Origin: Methanomicrobium mobile BP
GTDB taxonomy: Archaea; Halobacteriota; Methanomicrobia; Methanomicrobiales; Methanomicrobiaceae
Assembly (NCBI RefSeq): GCF_000711215.1
Contig: NZ_JOMF01000008.1
Location: 13,314-45,313, forward strand
Direction: 5' to 3'
DNA length: 32,000 bases
Position numbers and translations under genes: made by a program. Position 1 is the stretch's first letter. Every line of letters starts with the position of its first letter. The notes below the pieces were generated by a model. It did no database searches. It was not told where the DNA came from and saw only the letters and a program-made list of their open reading frames with translations. Shown piece by piece: positions 31,461 to 32,000 of the stretch.

Positions 31461-32000
31461 ATGCTGATTGAAGACAGGCTCAAAGAACTTAAAGCTAAGA
31501 TTAACTCCAAAGTACCGGCAGGAATCAATGTCTCGGATGTCGAATTCGAAGGTCCGGAACTGGTTATCTACACCGACGACCCCAAGAAATTCGCCGACGA
31601 GGCGGACCTTATCAAAATCCTTGCGCGGGATTTAAGAAAACGCATAGTCGTAAGACCCAATATCCTCGAAGACCCCGAGAAGGCGACGACGAAGATAAAC
31701 GCCGTCGTACCCGAAGGCGCGGGAATCACCGACATGTTCTTCGATCCCGATACAGGAGAGGTCTTAATCGAGGCGGAAAAGCCCGGCGTCGTCATAGGAA
31801 AGAACGGCGCAACCCTCCGCGACATCACAAAGGAGATAGGCTGGACACCCAAGGTCGTGCGAACGCCGCCAATCGAGAGCGTCACCGTCAAACAGACAAG
31901 GCAGTATCTCAGAGCGTTCAAGGACGAGAGAAAGGAATTCCTAAGAACAATCGGAAGAAGGATTCACCGCGACATCACAAGCAAGGACAGATGGCTCCGT
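31461..32000 (+). CDS. aCPSF1/FttA beta-CASP ribonuclease, N-terminal KH-domain region (partial, runs off the window)
   Basis: Open frame from the ATG at 31461 to the window end (180 codons, not in the ORF track because it has no stop). MLIEDRLKELKAKI..., VIGKNGATLRDITKEIGWTPKVVRTPPI (KH GxxG-like) and ...RRIHRD typical of archaeal CPSF1 N-termini. Confidence 0.8.
   Translation, partial: MLIEDRLKELKAKINSKVPAGINVSDVEFEGPELVIYTDDPKKFADEADLIKILARDLRKRIVVRPNILEDPEKATTKINAVVPEGAGITDMFFDPDTGEVLIEAEKPGVVIGKNGATLRDITKEIGWTPKVVRTPPIESVTVKQTRQYLRAFKDERKEFLRTIGRRIHRDITSKDRWLR

Overview
This window reads as chromosomal DNA from a hydrogenotrophic methanogenic archaeon. The taxon is inferred from gene content only: Eha hydrogenase, F420 glutamyl ligase CofE, archaeal SRP/ribosome/RNAP genes, and Pus10/TrmY. 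Codon style and the Eha layout suggest a Methanomicrobiales-like lineage, but I cannot verify that without a search. Coding density is high and mostly on the + strand.

Layout:
- (1) 1-7124: conserved archaeal information-processing block. It holds the LX tail, prefoldin alpha, FtsY, SRP54, TrmY, Pus10, L21e, RpoF, DUF655 and KsgA.
- (2) 7125-9650: visibly AT-rich islet with three lineage-restricted-looking genes. These are an RNYDD-repeat membrane protein, an RHH/coiled-coil protein and a DUF4352-like lipoprotein.
- (3) 9731-13478: MFS exporter plus an unusual HerA/DUF87-type ATPase fusion.
- (4) 13602-17935: HemK-like methyltransferase, then a compact ubiquitin-like sulfur-relay cluster (ThiS-like GG protein, TtuA/NcsA-like, LarE-like, E1), then an AlkD-like repair protein.
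- (5) 17983-18438: three minus-strand tRNAs (Gly-CCC, Gly-GCC, Leu-UAG).
- (6) 18758-26195: a 14-gene energy-converting [NiFe] hydrogenase operon of the Eha type.
- (7) 26337-32000: Zn-ribbon protein, CofE, Sec61-beta, amidohydrolase, Usp, CBS protein, proteasome beta and the 5' part of aCPSF1/FttA.

I saw no CRISPR array, transposase, integrase or rRNA gene.

Most noteworthy observations:
- the Ubl/E1 cluster carrying two different PP-loop sulfur insertases;
- the HerA-like ATPase fused through a roughly 170-aa acidic-then-basic disordered linker to a duplicated C-terminal module with a wHTH;
- the AT-rich islet with its repeat protein;
- a family of strand-asymmetric cryptic-repeat spacers, including Shine-Dalgarno-like arrays inside the eha operon;
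- three oligo-T runs directly abutting the start codon of the termination-factor gene aCPSF1.

All family assignments come from motif recognition by eye. No database search, fold prediction or statistics could be run.
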